This document shows, one piece after another, positions 1 through 9,028 of a stretch of 59,662 nt of DNA. The notes under the pieces are model-generated. The model saw only the letters and a list, made by a program, of their open reading frames with translations, did no database searches and was not told the DNA's origin. The first letter of the stretch is position 1; each line of letters opens with the position of its first letter. The position numbers were made by a program, and so were the translations under genes. The stretch covers positions 1-59,662 of the forward strand of contig JBEIJQ010000001.1 of NCBI GenBank assembly GCA_040380145.1, read 5' to 3'. Origin of the DNA: Lewinellaceae bacterium (GTDB taxonomy: Bacteria; Bacteroidota; Bacteroidia; Chitinophagales; Saprospiraceae).

Positions 1-1
1 A

Positions 2-688
2 TCAGAACACCGGCAGACTGACTATGAGGGCCACCTTATCGTTGCGGAGTTCTACCAGCCTCAGCAAATTCATAGTTTCGCTCTGGCAGTGCAGGAGCAT
101 GAACCTGCGGTATCCGATGGTCCAAGTGTCTTTGACTTCCACAGAGTAAGTGACCGGAATGGGGCCGCTGTTGGAAGATCCGAGCATGGTCGAAAAATCA
201 ATGGCTTCCGTGGTGGAATTTTCGTAGGGCAAGCTGGTCGTGGGAACCACTTTGGCTGGATCGTTGGACAGGATGGTCTCGAAATAATCGTGGTAGCGGA
301 AAGTGGCGTAGCTGTGTCCGAACCGGCTGCAGAAGGCACGCCAAGTCGGGATCAGGATATCGGGTTTCTTGATCGTTTTGAGCAGCTTCACGTCGATTTT
401 GAACAACGGGCCTTCCACGCAGTGGTTTTCCCTTCTGCCCGTGATCCTCTTGACGGATTTGACCGTCCAAAGATGGAACTGTTCGTCTTCCAGAATACTC
501 ATCAGGGTATCACCCGGCGCGACCGAGTACAACTGCTCGGTGCCGCCGTTTTCGGGGGTCAGGGCGTGTATGGTGCCGGTCCTTCCGAAGAAGTATCCGT
601 TGCCCACATACAATTTTTCCACTTGAGCGCAGAGGCTCGGACTCGATGCCCAAACGCCCAACAAAAGAAGAAGAAGATTTCTGATCAT
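2..688 (-). CDS. hypothetical secreted protein
   Basis: ORF 2..715 with stop TGA at 2-4 (complement). The internal ATG at 688 gives MIRNLLLLLLGVWASSPSLCAQ, a typical signal peptide. No recognisable domain. Confidence 0.55.
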   Translation of the reverse strand: MIRNLLLLLLGVWASSPSLCAQVEKLYVGNGYFFGRTGTIHALTPENGGTEQLYSVAPGDTLMSILEDEQFHLWTVKSVKRITGRRENHCVEGPLFKIDVKLLKTIKKPDILIPTWRAFCSRFGHSYATFRYHDYFETILSNDPAKVVPTTSLPYENSTTEAIDFSTMLGSSNSGPIPVTYSVEVKDTWTIGYRRFMLLHCQSETMNLLRLVELRNDKVALIVSLPVF

Positions 689-728
689 ATGTGATGGCTG
701 ACAATTAGGTTGCAAATATCTTAAATCT

Positions 729-3281
729 CTATTGATTCCTTCTTAAACTCCTCAAATAATTTTCCAGTTCCACATCGCTGCTGAACATGACTTCTCTGGG
801 TTTGCTTCCATCTGCGGCTCCTACGATTCCGAATGCCTCGAGTTGGTCCATGATCCTTCCGGCCCGGTTATATCCCAGTTTGAGCCGTCGTTGGATCATG
901 GAAGTGGAGCCGGACTGGTGGGTGACCACCAATCGGGCGGAGTCTTCGAAAAATTCGTCCAGATCCTCAACCGTTCGTGGGGTGCCGCCCTCGGTTCCGC
1001 TGCCGCCGCCCTCCATGCCGAATTCCGGCAGGTAGAAAGGAGCAGGATAGCCCCGTTGGTTGCCGATGAACTCGATGACGCGCTCGACCTCCGGTGTATC
1101 CACAAAGGCGCACTGCAAACGGGTGAGTTCGCCGCCGAGGGAAAGGAGCATGTCGCCGCGGCCGGTCAGTTGTTCGGCCCCACCGGAATCCAAGATCGTA
1201 CGGGAGTCTATCTTGGAGGTGACCTTGAAAGCCAAACGGGCGGGGAAGTTGGCCTTGATCACACCGGTGATGATGTTCACCGACGGACGCTGGGTGGCGA
1301 TGATCAGGTGGATGCCCACGGCGCGGGCCAGCTGTGCCAATCGGCCGAGGGGCAGTTCCACTTCCTTGCCCGCGGTCATGATCAGGTCGGCGAACTCGTC
1401 CACGACCAGAATGATGTAGGGGAGGTAGCGATGTCCGTTGTTGGGGTTGAGCCGCCGGGCGACGAACTTGGCGTTGTACTCCGTCAGGTGTCGGACGTTC
1501 GCTTTTTTGAGCAAATTGTAGCGCTCGTCCATCTCCAAGGTGAGGGAGTGGAGAGTCTGCACAACCTTGCTGGTGTCGGTGACGATCGGCTCGTCGTCGC
1601 CGGGCAAAAAGGCCAAGAAATGGTGGTCGATCCGGTTGTACGGCGACAGTTCGACTTTCTTGGGGTCGATGAGCACCAATTTGATCTGGGCCGGATGTTT
1701 TTTGTACAACAGGCTCATCAAGATCGAGTTGATGCCGACCGATTTGCCTTGCCCCGTGGCGCCGGCCACCAACAAGTGCGGCATTTTGGTGAGATCCACC
1801 ACGAATACCTCGTTGTTGATGGTCTTGCCCAGCGCGATGGGCAGTTCCATGCTCGATCGGCGGAATTTTTCCGAGGCCAAAAGTTCCCGCAGGGGCACTA
1901 TCTGCTTGTTGCGGTTGGGCACTTCGATGCCGATGGTACCCTTGCCCGGGATGGGCGCGATGATCCGAATGCCGAGGGCGGCCAAGCTCAGGGCGATGTC
2001 GTCCTCGAGGTTTTTGATCTTGGAGGTCCTCACCCCGGGAGAAGGCACGATCTCGTACAGCGTCACGGTCGGACCGACGGTCGCCTTGATGCGGGTGATC
2101 TCGATCTTGTAGTGGAGCAGGGTGTTGACGATCTGGTTTTTGTTCTGCTCCAGTTCCTCCCGATCCACGATGATCTGCTGGTCGTCATACGGCTCCAACA
2201 GCGAAAGCACCGGATTTTCGTATGCCGACAGATCCAAGGTGGGGTCATAGGGAGTAAGGCTTTCGTACGGTTCTTCGTTTGCCGAGTCGTGGGATGTGGC
2301 GGGCAGCTGAACAAGTTCAGTGCGGTTTAGACGACCCGTGTCCTCGTCCATAGCCGATTGAACGTCGTTGTTGGGCGTTTCAGCGATTTCCAGTTCGCCC
2401 GGCCCGCCCAAAGAGGACAGGGAGGGGCCAAGGGGGCGATTGTTGCCGGGCAGGTCGAGGTCCAGTTGGTTGCCGGATGCTCCCCGGGCGTGAGTTTGGG
2501 GAGCCGGACGCTGCCTGGGGGCAGGACTTTCAGCCTGAGAAGCGGCCCGTGGGTCATATTCTTCGTCGGCCTCCTCCTCCTCCTCTTCATCGGCGCTGCC
2601 GCCCCGTAAACCGCTGAACGCACCGGTCAAGGTCTCGAGACGGAACATGTCCGCGAAGTAGCCTTTGACTCTCTCCGGGCTGAGATTTTCAAAGCTCGGG
2701 TTGTAGCGCCACACCACGATCGCAAACATGACGAAAACCAACAGGGCCAAAATCCCCACGGTGCCCAACAGGTTGTACATCCAGTTGACGATTGCCCATC
2801 CGATGGTGCCACCCCAAGGGAATTCAGATATTTCGGTATGGTTGAAAAAAAACGCCAACAACGCGCTCGACCAGATCATCGTGGCCATGCCCCACCAAAA
2901 ACGGGGCATCAGCCGACGCAGCGGAATGCCCTGCGTGAGATAATAACCGGCACCGAAGAAAAGATAGATGAATATAAAAGACGGAACCCCGAAAAGATCG
3001 TGTATGAAAAAATGCGCGACCATCGCGCCCAAGACTCCCAACCAATTGGCCGCTTCCACACCCGCGCCGAACAGCACGTCGAAATGAAAGTCTTCCACCC
3101 AAGCAGAGTCCTCCCACCAAGTGAACAGGTAAGAAGTAAATGCTACCAAGGAATAAAAGGAAAACAGAACCAACAGCAGGCCCAAAAGTTTTGGCATGCG
3201 CTCGTCTCCTACCAGCATTTTCATGGAAAATTGGCGGCGGACTTCCTTGGCGGCGGATTTACGTTTGTTTTCGGTTGCCAT
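729..3281 (-). CDS. ftsK: DNA translocase FtsK/SpoIIIE
   Basis: ATG at 3281 (MATENKRK). Has an N-terminal multi-TM region and an acidic/Pro-rich linker. Walker A is 'LLVAGATGQGKS' and Walker B is 'ILVVDEFADL'. The C-terminus has a gamma-like winged helix 'SMIQRRLKLGYNRAGRIMDQLE'. Confidence 0.9.
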   Translation of the reverse strand: MATENKRKSAAKEVRRQFSMKMLVGDERMPKLLGLLLVLFSFYSLVAFTSYLFTWWEDSAWVEDFHFDVLFGAGVEAANWLGVLGAMVAHFFIHDLFGVPSFIFIYLFFGAGYYLTQGIPLRRLMPRFWWGMATMIWSSALLAFFFNHTEISEFPWGGTIGWAIVNWMYNLLGTVGILALLVFVMFAIVVWRYNPSFENLSPERVKGYFADMFRLETLTGAFSGLRGGSADEEEEEEADEEYDPRAASQAESPAPRQRPAPQTHARGASGNQLDLDLPGNNRPLGPSLSSLGGPGELEIAETPNNDVQSAMDEDTGRLNRTELVQLPATSHDSANEEPYESLTPYDPTLDLSAYENPVLSLLEPYDDQQIIVDREELEQNKNQIVNTLLHYKIEITRIKATVGPTVTLYEIVPSPGVRTSKIKNLEDDIALSLAALGIRIIAPIPGKGTIGIEVPNRNKQIVPLRELLASEKFRRSSMELPIALGKTINNEVFVVDLTKMPHLLVAGATGQGKSVGINSILMSLLYKKHPAQIKLVLIDPKKVELSPYNRIDHHFLAFLPGDDEPIVTDTSKVVQTLHSLTLEMDERYNLLKKANVRHLTEYNAKFVARRLNPNNGHRYLPYIILVVDEFADLIMTAGKEVELPLGRLAQLARAVGIHLIIATQRPSVNIITGVIKANFPARLAFKVTSKIDSRTILDSGGAEQLTGRGDMLLSLGGELTRLQCAFVDTPEVERVIEFIGNQRGYPAPFYLPEFGMEGGGSGTEGGTPRTVEDLDEFFEDSARLVVTHQSGSTSMIQRRLKLGYNRAGRIMDQLEAFGIVGAADGSKPREVMFSSDVELENYLRSLRRNQ

Positions 3282-3340
3282 ATTTGGGCAAATATAGATA
3301 TTTGTCCTCATTATTTGCAAAACCTTTTGAACGGTCTGTT

Positions 3341-4204
3341 TTGAAAAATTTCGGCGCATCGCGGCAGCACATCCTCAACGCGAGGGGAACGCCCATCGAT
3401 TGCGGTCGCCCCAAGGTGATGGCGATCCTAAACGTCACGCCCGATTCGTTCTACGACGGCGGCAGACTGGCCTCTGTGGACGACGCTCTGAAAAAAGCGG
3501 AAAGCCTGCTGGCAGAGGGCGCCGATATCCTCGACATCGGCGGCGCCTCCTCCCGCCCCGGCGCCGAGGAAGTGCCCGTCGAGACCGAATTGCGGCGCAC
3601 CGTTCCGGTGGTCGAGGCCTTGCAGCGGCGCTTCCCACGGGCCATTCTGAGCATCGACACTTGGCGGTCCGCTGTTGCCCGGGAATGCCTCGACGCCGGA
3701 GCGCACATCGTGAACGACATTTCCGCAGGACGCTTCGAGCCTGAAATAATGGAGGTGGCGGCCCGCGTGGGCGCCCCCATGGTACTGATGCACTTGCAGG
3801 GCACGCCGCGTACCATGCAGGCCGATCCGCATTACGATGATTTGATCACCGAGGTCACGGACTTTTTCTTGGATCGGATCCGTGCGGCCCGGGAAGCTGG
3901 CGTGGTGGACATCGTCCTCGATCCGGGTTTCGGTTTCGGCAAAACCGTCGCCCATAATTTCACGCTGCTCGATCGGCTCTCCGATTTCCATATTTTGGAT
4001 CTGCCCCTGCTGGTCGGGATCTCACGCAAATCGTTCGTTTACAAAACCTTGGGTGTTTCAGCCCGAGACGCGCTTAACGGAACTTCTGTGCTGCACGGAT
4101 CGGCCCTCGAAAGAGGTGCTGCTTTCCTGCGGGTGCACGATGTCCGCGAAGCCCGCCAAGCCATCGCTCTACTCGAGGCGATGAACAACGATATTTTTTT
4201 ATAA
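3341..4204 (+). CDS. folP: dihydropteroate synthase
   Basis: Motifs seen: 'ILNVTPDSFYDGG', 'DIGGASSRPGA', 'SIDT', 'VNDISAG', 'DPGFGFGKT', 'GISRKSF'. The first ATG (3419) would clip the conserved N-terminus, so the in-frame TTG at 3341 is proposed. The start is uncertain (3341 or 3419). Confidence 0.85.
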   Translation: MKNFGASRQHILNARGTPIDCGRPKVMAILNVTPDSFYDGGRLASVDDALKKAESLLAEGADILDIGGASSRPGAEEVPVETELRRTVPVVEALQRRFPRAILSIDTWRSAVARECLDAGAHIVNDISAGRFEPEIMEVAARVGAPMVLMHLQGTPRTMQADPHYDDLITEVTDFFLDRIRAAREAGVVDIVLDPGFGFGKTVAHNFTLLDRLSDFHILDLPLLVGISRKSFVYKTLGVSARDALNGTSVLHGSALERGAAFLRVHDVREARQAIALLEAMNNDIFL

Positions 4205-4325
4205 AAAATTGAAAATAAATTTTTTGTAAAAAATGCCCTTTTCCTATGAAGAGGGACTCGGGTAAACGGGATCTGACCGTTGATTCTCCTGCCATTTTAT
4301 CTTGCTATCTTTGGCCCCGCAATCA

Positions 4326-6422
4326 ATGACCATGATCACACTGACCATCGGAGGCCAAGCGGTCGAACTGCACAGATGCCGCGAAATGTTGGGCATACGC
4401 TTTCGGAGCGACGATTTTGCCCCTCGAGCATTTGCCCTCGGCGCATGGAAAGCTGTTGCGCATGGCCTCGGCGGTTTTGATCTGTTGACTGCGGATGGCC
4501 ATGCCGATGCCGGAGAAGCCCTCGATGCGCTTCGCAACAACCCCGAGGTGCTATGTGCCACCCATGTGTACCGCTTTGCGGCTGATCCGGCGCCTCTGGT
4601 GCCCACGGGCGATCTTTTCGTAGTGTTCCGAGAAGACGCCTCCCACAATGCCTGTTTGTCTTTTTTGGATTCTTTTTTTCTGAAAATAAAAGAAATAAGG
4701 GGCAAGAATTCCGTTGTCGCACAGGTCACCGCTCTGTCGCCGAATCCGGTCCAAGTGGCTCTGCGGGCACAGGCCGATACCGATCTTGTGGAAATCTGCG
4801 AGCCCGATCTGGCATTTCCCCTTCGGTGGTCAACGGGCGGTGTGCCAACGGACCGATCCGAGACCATGCCGATCGAAGTGGAATCTCGTCGCGGCGCTCT
4901 TTCTCGGGTACAGGCCGCTCGCGAAGCCCTCGGACCGCTCGGCGCATATTGTGCGACGATCGCCGTTTTGGACGATGGATTCGAACTGACCCATCCCGAT
5001 TTTTGCGACCGGATCCACTCTCCCCTCGATTTCGATAGGCATCCGATACCGACAGACGCGATAGCACACGGTACAGACATTGCCCGCCTGGCCTTAGCCC
5101 ACGGCCCAGGGTCAGTTGCCCGGTTCATGCCGGTCCGGGCCGGTTGGCTGTGCGATTCTTTGTTCGAAAAAATCTGCGATGCCCTGATCGAAAACGGGGC
5201 CGACGCTCTGAATTGCTCCTGGGGTTTTCCGGGCGGCATCGTTTCTGCCCGCATCCGCGAAGCCGTTGCTCGGCTGGCCGTCGAAGGCCGTCGAGGCAGG
5301 GGTACGGTCGCGGTTTTTTCTGCCGACTGCGGAGCCGAGAGTCTTGGTCGGACGGCCCTGCCCGAAGTCCTGAGCGTGGGATGCTTTTGGGACACGCATA
5401 ACAGCGACCGAGCGCTTCGAAACGGTCGGGAGATATCGATGGTAGCACAGGTTTCCGAGTTGGACGAGGCAGACGGCCCCCGTGTCTCTGCGGCGGCTGC
5501 GCCGATCGTGGCGGGCGCCGTGGCCATGGTCTTGTCGGTCAACCCCGATCTGACGTCCCAAGAGGTGAAGCTGCTCCTTCAAAGCACTGCCGATCGGATC
5601 GGCCGCCCCGATGATTACGATTCCGCCGGCCGTTCAGAGCGCTTCGGCCACGGTCTGCTCAATGTCCATCGCGCCGTGGTCAAAGCCCGCGGAATGACGG
5701 GCTTGGGCCGTCTCCCCTTTGTTGACATGCCCCCGATCTTGCCGAAGGCAACCGCGCATGGTTCCGTTTCCTCCGAAAACCCCACCAAGCTGTACCAGAT
5801 TTCGTTCGGCAATCAGCTGATCGTGAAGACCGAGGCCCGGCGCGCCGGGCTGGACTTGGGCCTTTTTCTCCGAAAAAAAGAGGTGCCAAGACCCTCCGTC
5901 CGTGCTTTCGACAAATTGGGACGGTTCCAAAACGGCTCAGTCGTGCTGGTGCAAAACGATATCGAGCAGACCGACCAGTTTCTGATGGTCCGCGCCCAGG
6001 CCAACCAAGGCCCTTACGATCTACAGGTTGCCTTGGCCGGCACGGGCAAGCAACCTTCCGTGGCCGACTCCGAAACGCTCCGGGGCTGCACGCCGCTCAA
6101 ATTCCAAACCATCGTCCAGGCAGAATTGGCCCGTGCGGGAGAGTCACATCTGTATCGCCTTTCGTTGGCCCCCAGGCTGCTGGCCCGTTTGCGGGTGCGG
6201 CCAACGGCCATCGGAACCATCGCCTTGTATTTTCGCCAGGGCGGCCTGCCCGATCCGATCGGGGCGCACTTCGACGCGGCGGTCGACGATCCGGGCTCAA
6301 ACGAAAGCGGGCTCCTCGAAATGGAATTCGAAGCGCCCGCTCTTCAAGACGGCTTTTTTATGGTGCACGCAAGTGATGGTTTCGAAGGGAACTTCGACCT
6401 CGAAGTGCAACTGGGCATCTGA
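4326..6422 (+). CDS. subtilisin-like (peptidase S8) domain protein, no signal peptide, two C-terminal PPC-like beta domains
   Basis: Asp box 'IAVLDDGFELTHPDF', His box 'AHGTDIARLAL' and Asn 'LNCSWGF' are present. The Ser box is degenerate: 'RVSAAAAPIVAGAV' instead of G-T-S-x-A-x-P. The N-terminus MTMITLTIGGQAVELHR has no hydrophobic leader. ATG at 4326 (alternative 4332). Confidence 0.7.
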   Translation: MTMITLTIGGQAVELHRCREMLGIRFRSDDFAPRAFALGAWKAVAHGLGGFDLLTADGHADAGEALDALRNNPEVLCATHVYRFAADPAPLVPTGDLFVVFREDASHNACLSFLDSFFLKIKEIRGKNSVVAQVTALSPNPVQVALRAQADTDLVEICEPDLAFPLRWSTGGVPTDRSETMPIEVESRRGALSRVQAAREALGPLGAYCATIAVLDDGFELTHPDFCDRIHSPLDFDRHPIPTDAIAHGTDIARLALAHGPGSVARFMPVRAGWLCDSLFEKICDALIENGADALNCSWGFPGGIVSARIREAVARLAVEGRRGRGTVAVFSADCGAESLGRTALPEVLSVGCFWDTHNSDRALRNGREISMVAQVSELDEADGPRVSAAAAPIVAGAVAMVLSVNPDLTSQEVKLLLQSTADRIGRPDDYDSAGRSERFGHGLLNVHRAVVKARGMTGLGRLPFVDMPPILPKATAHGSVSSENPTKLYQISFGNQLIVKTEARRAGLDLGLFLRKKEVPRPSVRAFDKLGRFQNGSVVLVQNDIEQTDQFLMVRAQANQGPYDLQVALAGTGKQPSVADSETLRGCTPLKFQTIVQAELARAGESHLYRLSLAPRLLARLRVRPTAIGTIALYFRQGGLPDPIGAHFDAAVDDPGSNESGLLEMEFEAPALQDGFFMVHASDGFEGNFDLEVQLGI

Positions 6423-6426
6423 TCCT

Positions 6427-6828
6427 TTACGGAAGATCGAAGTGTATTTCCATCGACGCCCAGGTCGTGGCGTCGTGGTCGTAATAGGCCTTGGCGGTCA
6501 TGTGCAGCTCCGTGCCGGCGGGTAGCCCCGACAGGTCGATCGTATCCAGAAAACTGTAGTTGGGCAAGTGCAGGTGCGAGCCTTCCCACGAAAAGACCGT
6601 GGAGTCGTTGGCTTCGTTTTTCAGCTCCACTTCCGCGTCGTGCAGTTCATCGGAGGCGGTGAACAGCACCGACAGGACCACCTGAGAGGCATCGGCCAAC
6701 GTGGAAGTGTCCAACGGGGAAATGATCGCGACCGATAGGGTCTGGTTGTCATATGTATGTGTATGGCAGGAGGCGAACCAGGTGGTGCAGACAGACAATG
6801 CGGTCAACAAAAAGATGCTTTTTTTCAT
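6427..6828 (-). CDS. small lipoprotein (His-rich), paralog of 6852..7256
   Basis: MKKSIFLLTALSVCTTWFASC gives a signal peptide plus lipobox Cys. It shares the 'LHDxEV', 'HxHxxNY' and 'DLSxxxAGTE' blocks with the neighbouring gene. Confidence 0.6.
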   Translation of the reverse strand: MKKSIFLLTALSVCTTWFASCHTHTYDNQTLSVAIISPLDTSTLADASQVVLSVLFTASDELHDAEVELKNEANDSTVFSWEGSHLHLPNYSFLDTIDLSGLPAGTELHMTAKAYYDHDATTWASMEIHFDLP

Positions 6829-6851
6829 GTCGAAAAATTTTTTTGAAAAAA

Positions 6852-7256
6852 TTAAGGAATAAAAAATCGATGCTCTCGGGTGACTTTATCGGTACCGAAC
6901 TCGTCCAAGTAGGCATCGGCCACGAGCGAAAATTCAGTGCCGGCTGTGTAAGTGGACAAATCCAGCAGGTGGGTATGTGTGTAGTTCTGCTGATGGGTAT
7001 GCTGCTCGAAAAGATACGCGGTGTCGTTGTCCGCAGCGAGCACCACCCGAACTTCAATATCGTGCAGGCCGTCGGAGGACAAAAATTCCACGTTCAAAGG
7101 AACAGCCGTCGCATTGGCCACCACTTGTCCGGAGGTGGGAGATACCAATCGGATCTCGATCCCGGCATTGTCGCGAGAACATGAGGACGCCAAAAATGAA
7201 GCGGCGGTCAAAAAGAAAGCTGCAAAGATTTTACCAAGGGAGGAGAAGTGTGTCAT
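6852..7256 (-). CDS. small lipoprotein (His-rich), paralog of 6427..6828
   Basis: The leader 'FLTAASFLASSC' has a lipobox. 'GLHDIEVRV' and 'HTHQQNYTHTH' align along the whole length with the downstream paralog. Confidence 0.6.
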   Translation of the reverse strand: MTHFSSLGKIFAAFFLTAASFLASSCSRDNAGIEIRLVSPTSGQVVANATAVPLNVEFLSSDGLHDIEVRVVLAADNDTAYLFEQHTHQQNYTHTHLLDLSTYTAGTEFSLVADAYLDEFGTDKVTREHRFFIP

Positions 7257-7517
7257 TTCGAATCAGTGATTTGGTGAACTGTTGCAGATGCAAATGTACG
7301 GCATCAAATGCAACAATGTTGCATTTTTATTTTAGGGGGCTCAAAAAAAAATTTTTTGTTTACAAAAAGCGGTAAAAAAAACGTGTTGGGTTAAACAAAA
7401 CTGCGTTTTCGAAGTTATCAAGCTGTATTGGGCGATGCAAATCGCTCCTGTACAAGAAAAAGTGTTTTCATGGTGGTAAAGTAGTATTAGTTTAGTTTTA
7501 TAGTTTTAGTTTAAGCT

Positions 7518-7551
7518 AGATCCCCCGATGCAAATTGGGGGATCTTTTTTT
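7518..7551 (+). terminator. intrinsic-terminator-like hairpin with T7 tail, oriented for the plus strand (no annotated plus-strand gene upstream)
   Basis: A 9-bp stem, AGATCCCCC (7518-7526) pairing with GGGGGATCT (7537-7545), with a 10-nt loop and a T-run at 7545-7551. Confidence 0.5.
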
Positions 7552-7605
7552 AGAAAAAAATGTAATTTAGAAAGTCGAGAAAGTCATTTCGTTCTCGTTG
7601 GAAGG

Positions 7606-8016
7606 TCATTCCCCGTTGTATTCCACATAGTTTCGGGGCGTTTCCCAGAGCCTGATGCCGAGTTCGAAGCGAGTGTCGAGTTTTTCGCGCAGGAGCTGCC
7701 AGATGACATAGCAGATGTGTTCGGCGGTGGGGTTCAGTTCCTTGAACTGTGGCACCTCGAGGTTGAGGTTTTTGTGGTCGAAGCGATCTTCCACTTCTTC
7801 CTTTATCAGATCTGCCAGGTATTTCAGATCGATCAGGTAGCCGGTATCGGGATCCACCTCGCCCGTGACCCGTACCTCCAGGTCGTAGTTGTGGCCGTGG
7901 TAAAGGGGATTGTTGCACAGTCCGAACACGGCGCGGTTGCGTTCGTCCGACCAAGCGGAGTTGTGCAGCCGATGGGCGGCGTTGAAATGGGCGCGGCGGA
8001 AAGCGGAAATCCTCAT
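7606..8016 (-). CDS. queD: 6-carboxy-5,6,7,8-tetrahydropterin synthase / 6-pyruvoyl-tetrahydropterin synthase family
   Basis: 136 aa. 'RRAHFNAAHRL' and 'CNNPLYHGHNYDLEV' give the Cys plus His zinc/catalytic motifs. Length is typical of the PTPS fold. Confidence 0.85.
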   Translation of the reverse strand: MRISAFRRAHFNAAHRLHNSAWSDERNRAVFGLCNNPLYHGHNYDLEVRVTGEVDPDTGYLIDLKYLADLIKEEVEDRFDHKNLNLEVPQFKELNPTAEHICYVIWQLLREKLDTRFELGIRLWETPRNYVEYNGE

Positions 8017-8244
8017 GGCACGGGAAGGTTCGGGTGTTTGGTGCGAAGCCGCAGTCGCGGCATTTTGGAAAAAAGGTAATGTACTCTAAACAATTTTTTT
8101 GAAAAAAAAGATCGCGACGGATGTTTTTTGTTCGATCTCCACCGGCGCAAAAGGGGGACTTCGGCAGAGCAAATTTTTGGGCTTTTTGTCGTACTTTTGG
8201 CCGATAAAATCCCCATTTCGAACCATCACAATCGTTTTAGGCCC

Positions 8245-9024
8245 ATGGAATTCAAGAACCTACTGCTCGAGGACATCAACGGCGTGTTGGTGGCCACCAT
8301 CAACCGCCCACAGGCTCTGAACGCGCTCAACCAACAGACCATGTCGGATCTGCGGGCCCTCTTCCACGACCATGCGCCCGGTATCGAAGGGCTGAAGGGC
8401 ATCGTGCTGACGGGTGCGGGCGAAAAGGCTTTCGTGGCCGGGGCCGACATTTCCGAGTTCACGGGCATTTCCGGTTCGGAGGAAGGCCGGCGGATGGCCC
8501 AGGACGGGCAGGATATCTTTTTCCTGATCGAGCGTTTCCCGAAACCGGTCGTGGCAGCCGTCAACGGTTTTGCGCTCGGCGGCGGTTGCGAACTGGCCAT
8601 GGCCTGCCACATGCGCATTGCCGGGGCGCGGGCCAAGTTCGGGCAGCCGGAGGTCAATCTCGGAATCATTCCCGGTTACGGCGGCACCCAGCGCCTCGTG
8701 CAGTACATCGGCAAGGGCAAAGCGCTCGAACTTATGCTGACGGGCGATACGATCGGCGCGGAGGAGGCCCACCGCCTCGGGTTGGCCAATCACGTGACCG
8801 ATGCCGGCCTCGAAGTGGCCAAGGCCATCGAACTGATCGAAAAAATTTCCGCCAAGGGGCCCGTTGCCGTGGCCATGGTGATCGAGTCCGTCAACGCTCA
8901 CTTCTCCGACGACGGGTTCCGACACGAAGTCGCGTCTTTCGGGCGGACCACCGCCACGGAAGATTTCCAAGAAGGTGCCCGGGCTTTCCTCGAAAAGCGA
9001 AAGGCCGAGTTCAAGGGCCGTTGA
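8245..9024 (+). CDS. enoyl-CoA hydratase/isomerase (crotonase) family protein
   Basis: ATG at 8245 (MEFKNLLLEDINGVLVATINRPQALNAL). Also 'FVAGADISEF', 'ALGGGCELAMACHMR' and 'FGQPEVNLGIIPGYGGTQRL'. Confidence 0.85.
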   Translation: MEFKNLLLEDINGVLVATINRPQALNALNQQTMSDLRALFHDHAPGIEGLKGIVLTGAGEKAFVAGADISEFTGISGSEEGRRMAQDGQDIFFLIERFPKPVVAAVNGFALGGGCELAMACHMRIAGARAKFGQPEVNLGIIPGYGGTQRLVQYIGKGKALELMLTGDTIGAEEAHRLGLANHVTDAGLEVAKAIELIEKISAKGPVAVAMVIESVNAHFSDDGFRHEVASFGRTTATEDFQEGARAFLEKRKAEFKGR

Positions 9025-9028
9025 TTGC

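Noticed and set aside
843-2330. 495-aa plus-strand ORF antisense to ftsK
   Set aside because: It is a Gly/Asp/Val/His-rich mirror frame of a gene with unmistakable FtsK motifs. It has no independent coding evidence.
4244-5542. 432-aa minus-strand ORF antisense to the S8-like gene
   Set aside because: It is extremely Arg/Ala/Ser/Pro-rich with no motifs, and it lies fully inside a plus-strand gene that has clear S8 boxes. This is a typical shadow ORF of GC-rich DNA.
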